NCBI GenBank assembly: GCA_034226945.1
Contig: CP120459.1
Span: forward strand, 558,001-622,000
DNA: 64,000 nucleotides
Direction: 5' to 3'
Source of the DNA: Picochlorum sp. SENEW3
Lineage: Eukaryota
The position numbers and the translations under genes were made by a program. Numbering within the stretch: position 1 is the stretch's first letter; every line of letters begins with the position of its first letter. This document shows, piece by piece, positions 58,427 through 64,000 of this stretch. The notes under the pieces are model-generated. The model saw nothing but the letters and a program-made list of their open reading frames with translations. It was not told where the DNA came from and searched no databases.

Positions 58427-60092
58427 ATATCTTCAAAATAACCTATAAACTTGTGAATATGCGGCAAATGTCTCTATCTATGAAAACGTCGCGACAGCAG
58501 TATCGCTGTCGATGCCAGAGTATCCCACACAACTGTTATTCTACCGGAAAGCAGCTAGAATTTCCTACATGATAGTAAATAGTTCTTGATCCTCTTATTC
58601 CATGAATATAACCCACAAATTGGAAATAAACAATGACCTAGACCCGAGGGAGCGCTTGCATTTTGAAATCGAGCGCGGTTCACTCTCTCCGAGGCAACGA
58701 GTTTTTGAACGCCAAATGGCACGCTGTTGCTTCGAAGCCAACCAAACACTCCCATCAACCCTCCCTCGTGATAGGACATCACGTCAAAGTAGGGCCACCA
58801 GAGGGACTCCCTCGTCCCCATCCGGCGCCCGCACAACACGTAAAATACGCCCTCAGACGACTAGGTTGAAGCAACGAGAGATATGCGACCTACCTGGAGC
58901 CCGTATATAACGCCGGTCTCCCTGACTCAGTTGTGCTGGTGGTGACCTGGAACCGCTGTGGTGTGACACGATCCTGGCCCAAACGATGGTTTTTGTGCAC
59001 AGTTTTATGTAAATACTTAACAGTGTATAGAATATCACTGCTACTTGCGATTCTTTGTTCTACTATTTGAATAGCGGCTTGATGATTGGTCCACCAAGTG
59101 CTTAAGCAGTATCGCAAGTTCTACCTAAACTATCAACCTGGTATTCTACGCTCTTATGTGAAATACGATCCATATCCAATTCATATTGCTCAACTGTGAG
59201 CTACATCTGACATCTTCTATGACAGGACAGATTTCATCCGGTGGCTGCACGATGCCCTCGACGGATTCCACGGGATTCGGGAATACTGGGAGACCCCACT
59301 CCATTCCATTCAAGGCACCAGATAAACCAGTCTATGTGTCTATCCATACGATCCAAGGTATCTATATGATGCTGATGGAGCGGTCTCCAGGGCGACATGG
59401 CACAAATTTTCTGTGATGCTTTGTTGTTTTATCCCAAACCAGAAAAAGTTTAAAAAGCAAGAAAGTGTTTGCCCTGCAAGGCACGGGCCCCCTAGTCGTA
59501 GGGTACCTTGTTGTCACTGAGTCGCCAAATTCAAATGGCGTCATGTAGAACATGAATTGCCAGAATAGTCAGGACATCCCTGCTGCGACGTGGGGCACCA
59601 GGTCACGTGTATGGGAATCTGTGTTAGGCCGATAACGCAGGTTATAACCTTTAATTAAAGGTCGCGCCAGCGCGCCCTTGGGAGCAGCGCGCACCCTCTG
59701 GTCTGAATTTTTTTGGACGGTTGCCTTGATGCTACCCTTGCCAGTCACCACCATCACAAAAGCAACCGTACGATTCGAGTAGAGATTGAATAAATAAATG
59801 TATAAAAACGTCGTTTTCGTCATATTCAGTCCAGGTGTGTTGCAGAATACGTAGCGACGAGGTAGATTCGGCCGAATAACTGAATTCTGTGCGAGCCTAC
59901 AAAGACCAGCTCTCTGGAGTGAATCCATCTTTCTGATGTATCAATATACTCTCAAATTGATATTTTGGGCTACATGTGCAGGATTGAGACGTTACGAGGC
60001 TCCACGGCGTTGTTCTGCGAGTTGTTGTTGAGTGCGATTAGATTGCAACGGTTTTACGGGGTGCAGCATAGGGATTATCTCACAGAAGCAAT

Positions 60093-61155
60093 ATGGTGCG
60101 ATTAAAATGTCATTTTGTCTCGTGAATGAGGATACCTGTGGTGGTGGTGGTTGTATGTCGTTGTCGTCGTCTAGTTAAGTTCATCCTTGTATTTGCAGGA
60201 TAATTACGAAAAGTTGGAAAAGATTGGTGAAGGTACCTATGGCAAGGTTTATAAAGCTCGAGATAAAACCACAGGAAAGATTGTGGCTCTGAAAAAGACG
60301 AGGTTGGAAATGGAGGAGGAAGGTGTGCCTTCCACAACACTGAGAGAAATTTCACTCCTTCAGATGCTTTCAGAGAGCAATCACATTGTGCAACTGCTCT
60401 GCGTAGAGCATTTGGAAGAAAATAATAAGCCCTGTCTCTACCTTGTGTTCGAGTATTTGACGACAGATTTGAAAAAGTACATGGATAGGAATGGCAGGGG
60501 ATCGAGCCATCCTCTTGATCCCAAGATTGTCCAGATAGCAATGTATCAGTTGCTGAAAGGGACCGCGCATATGCATAAATTAGGAGTGATGCACAGGGAT
60601 TTGAAGCCGCAAAATTTATTGGTGGACGATTCCAATCCAGATATTCCTCTGATCAAGGTGGCAGACCTTGGACTTGGAAGGCACTACTCTGTACCGATCA
60701 AAGCATACACCCACGAAATCGTCACTCTGTGGTACAGAGCTCCAGAAGTTCTGTTGGGAGCAACCCACTATGCACCAGCCGTTGATATGTGGAGCGTCGG
60801 GTGCATTTTTGCAGAGTTGGCAAGGAAACAAGCCATTTTCCCAGGCGATAGTGAATTGCAGCAGCTCTTACATATTTTCAAGCTTTTGGGAACTCCTAAT
60901 GAAGGCGTATGGGAGAATGTTACTAAACTTAAGGACTGGCACGAGTATCCACAATGGAAGCCTCAGGATTTGTCCAAAGTTTTCCCTAGATTGGATGAGC
61001 ATGGAATTGATCTCATGAAGAAAATGTTTGAATACGATCCAGCAAAAAGGATAACTGCAATGGACGCATTGCAGCATCCGTACTTTGATTCCTTGGATAA
61101 AGTTGCTGTGGATTTGTTGGAAAGGGAATCCATGAGGCAAGCCCATTTGGAGTGA
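60093..61155 (+). CDS. CDKB: Plant/algal B-type cyclin-dependent kinase
   Basis: GEGTYG, EEEGVPSTTLRE, HRDLKPQN and YTHEIVTLWYRAPE. ATG at 60093-95 is followed by intron 60096-60198, giving M|DNYEKLEK. Confidence 0.95.
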
Positions 61156-61284
61156 TCCCTGCCCTATATAACACTGATTCTTTTAAAGAAAAGAATAGGA
61201 ATGATCCTGGGCTCAATCAATGATTACCTGTACCGACATACGCAATAATATATAATATTAAATTGATTTTGTTGCAAAATACAA

Positions 61285-63168
61285 TCAAGCTTGGAACATG
61301 CCCCACGCATGCTTGAGCACATCAAATATCATCTCAGCCCTTGTAAGTTGTTCCAAGCTGCCATTCTTTTGCTTCACTTTGTCCGGATGAACAACAAGAT
61401 TGGCCTTCATATACCATTTCCTCACACTTGCTGCTTCCATGACATCCACCACTGATGGGGATTTCCAGCTGGATCCTTCCCACATGACCTTGTCCATGGT
61501 ACATAGCAAGGACCGAATGTTATCCTTTTTCCCTGCACACCATTCATCAATCTCTGGACGTAATCTTTCTCGAATCATCACGCGTTCTTCCTTTTCAGAA
61601 GCATCCTTTTCTTCTTTATCCCTTGCTGCCGCTACTTGCTGAGCAATCCTTTCCTGCTCCCTAGCCATTCTTTGTTCACGAAGTTTCCTCCTGATTTCTG
61701 GCTCCTTTCCTTGGTCAATGTCTCCCGAGGGAGCGCCCGTCGATTGTGAGACATTTACTCGAGGTGCACCAGTTTCCTGGAAAATATCTATATCATCTTG
61801 TTCATTTGGTGTAGGCTTGTGCGATCCAAACAAATCATCCTCCCACTGCGTTTCCACTCTGGTAGATTTTCCATCCAAATCTAGCAGATCAAAGGAGGAT
61901 TCCTCCGGCACCTTGGTTACCGATTCTGAATTTCTACTATGATCTCCAACAACGTCATCGTATGGTGGGGGTGGGGCTGGCTCTTCATTCTGCACAGGAC
62001 TCTCTTCCCATATCATCTCATCTATGATTTGCTGCACGGCCATGCGATCAAATTCTTCCATAGCTGCCAGAGCAGCCATTCTATCTTCTGGAGTGACCGA
62101 CATGAGCTGTTTCGCCCACTGTACATGGTGCTCTTCTGCCATGAAATCACTCATTGGGGTGTCAATGATAGATCGCTGTCTGGAATGCTTTTTGCGAGAT
62201 GCACGAGCATCAATTCTAGATTGCACATCCCGAGCAATATTTTTACTTGTGTTAAAAAGCCACTTTTTTCCGATTTGTAAAGCTTTCGCTGCCTTGTGTC
62301 CAATATCTGCCATAGCCTCTCCAGCATTGTGATGATGAGACGATGACTCTGGTTGTTTAGATGCAGCCACGCTTGGCTGCACATCATCCCTCATGGATCT
62401 TTTCTCAAGATGTTCAAACACTGGTAACGAGTTCCCTCGCGAGTGATTTGGAATATGTTCAGTTTCGAGTTCTCTGTATTCATGGGTTGAGCTTGCCACA
62501 TCGGATTCACTTGGAATACTCTCATGCGTGACTTGCTCAATTTCACGAGAGGGTGTTCCACCAAAAATATCAAGAGGATCCTTAACGATGTCATTTTCTC
62601 CAGTCAACATTGCTTCTCGCGCATCTAGTGAGAGGAAAGGGTCATCATGAAGTTCAACATATTCATGACTCCCAGAACATGGCTCCTGCTCGTCCATGGA
62701 ATCTACTCCAACGCCAAACGGATTTTCCGCCTTTGATTTTTCGTTCAAGTTAATATCTTCAAACCTTGAGAACACATCAACCCCACTACAATGGCATGCA
62801 GAACACATCAACTCCTGCCACAAAAGTTGCCTCATCCAAAAACCAACATACCTGTCGCTATTCGAATCATTTTTGACATCTCCCATCTCTAACTGAGACC
62901 AATCCAGATCATCAATCTGATGATGCATCATATCCTCGACCCCAGCAGCAGGTTCTTGCCACTTCTTCTGTTGGACAGCACCTGCAGGAAGTTGACTTTG
63001 ATCTGTTCCCGGAGAACTTCGACTCGGCTTTGGTACATTGGAACCATTTTTCATATCAGTCCTCTTCATTGTCTTTAATGACTTTGGACGTGACATTATT
63101 GATCCCTCTACGCCATCGAGCCCGCTCAACAGCCTATCGAGAGACTCGGGTGCCCCGGACTCCCCCAT
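61285..63168 (-). CDS. Auxilin-like C-terminal J-domain protein
   Basis: WCAGKKDNIRSLL...VRKWYMKANLVVHPDK...AEMIFDVLKHAW. Probable in-frame intron 62786-62851; start MGESG is inferred. Confidence 0.85.
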   Translation of the reverse strand: MGESGAPESLDRLLSGLDGVEGSIMSRPKSLKTMKRTDMKNGSNVPKPSRSSPGTDQSQLPAGAVQQKKWQEPAAGVEDMMHHQIDDLDWSQLEMGDVKNDSNSDRYVGFWMRQLLWQELMCSACHCSGVDVFSRFEDINLNEKSKAENPFGVGVDSMDEQEPCSGSHEYVELHDDPFLSLDAREAMLTGENDIVKDPLDIFGGTPSREIEQVTHESIPSESDVASSTHEYRELETEHIPNHSRGNSLPVFEHLEKRSMRDDVQPSVAASKQPESSSHHHNAGEAMADIGHKAAKALQIGKKWLFNTSKNIARDVQSRIDARASRKKHSRQRSIIDTPMSDFMAEEHHVQWAKQLMSVTPEDRMAALAAMEEFDRMAVQQIIDEMIWEESPVQNEEPAPPPPYDDVVGDHSRNSESVTKVPEESSFDLLDLDGKSTRVETQWEDDLFGSHKPTPNEQDDIDIFQETGAPRVNVSQSTGAPSGDIDQGKEPEIRRKLREQRMAREQERIAQQVAAARDKEEKDASEKEERVMIRERLRPEIDEWCAGKKDNIRSLLCTMDKVMWEGSSWKSPSVVDVMEAASVRKWYMKANLVVHPDKVKQKNGSLEQLTRAEMIFDVLKHAWGMFQA

Positions 63169-63431
63169 ATATCGCTCTAAAACACAAAATGAATCTTCTA
63201 TGGAATTATAGTATTGTTTCCTCCCTCTCTCTTGACGCCTGCCACCTTCTGAGCAGCTTGGACCCATTGCAAAACAGTAGCGACACACCTTGAACGGTCA
63301 AAGAAACGTTTGATCGGTAGGTAAAATTTGAAGCCACGTGGCCCTACTTTGTCCCCACCGTGTCATCAAGACCATTTTAATTTTCATACATCATTCATAG
63401 ATCTAAAATTGAATTAAAATATACTGTGAGA

Positions 63432-63991
63432 ATGAGCGCTCGAACGATCATTCCTTCGATAGCTAAAAACACTCGCTTTGGGTTGGCACGAAGCAAAACT
63501 TCTTTGAGTACGTGGTGAATACAATCCCAAGATTGTAATATTATGTACAAATGATAGTGCATTACCGGGATTTATGATTTCTAGAGGGCGTACTGACCAA
63601 TAAGACACGGTGATACTACAACGCAGGGCCTTTTCGAACAATAGGAGTTAGCGTGCAGGCCTCTTCCGCTGATCCTGTGTCACTGATCAAGCAGAAGAAT
63701 GAAGAAAATCCAGTCATGGTGTATTCGAAGACCTACTGTCCATTCTGCTCGGAAGTCAAGTCTTTGTTCTCCAACCTGGCTGTTGATGCCAAAGTGGTAG
63801 ACTTGGATACCCTTGCTGATGGCGATGCAATCCAGGACGCATTGATGGAGGTTTCTGGTATGAGAACAGTCCCACAAGTGTTCATCGGAGGGGAATTAGT
63901 CGGCGGATGTGATGATACCATGGGCGCGTACAGGAATGGCACACTTGTCACCCTGCTGAAATCTGTTGGAATCGCACCAAAGGCAGACTAA
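63432..63991 (+). CDS. Class I glutaredoxin (CPFC) with organellar transit peptide, 2 exons
   Basis: YSKTYCPFC, RTVPQVFIGG and GGCDD. Exon 1 (MSARTIIPSIAK...) joins via an intron from 63508 to about 63626 with a tactgac branch point. Confidence 0.9.
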
Positions 63992-64000
63992 TCATCCTTT

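Overview
Gene-dense eukaryotic nuclear DNA from a green alga. The plant/chlorophyte-type genes (FLU, TL29, NTRC, FKBP18, CDKB, plant-type TOM20, DnaJ-ferredoxin, PPR-cyclin), the few short GT-AG introns, the very short intergenic spacers and TGTAA-type polyA signals suggest a compact trebouxiophyte such as Picochlorum (inference). About 40 protein-coding genes are supported, mostly housekeeping. I found no tRNA, rRNA, CRISPR array or transposon that I can support. Best leads: (1) an in-frame fusion of a PDE12-type deadenylase with an intact YrdC/Sua5 t6A enzyme behind a likely mitochondrial presequence; (2) a CSL4-ALG13(-TOM20) run with a 9-nt inter-ORF gap, a polycistronic mRNA candidate; (3) a GFAT gene whose ATG is split by an intron; (4) a secreted multicopper oxidase with Cys at the type-1 copper axial position and interlocking palindromes upstream; (5) a PPR-SMR-cyclin protein with a prion-like N-terminus; (6) a pseudokinase and two orphan proteins. 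All calls come from motif recognition by eye. No database search was run, and exon boundaries are inferred from splice consensus plus frame restoration.
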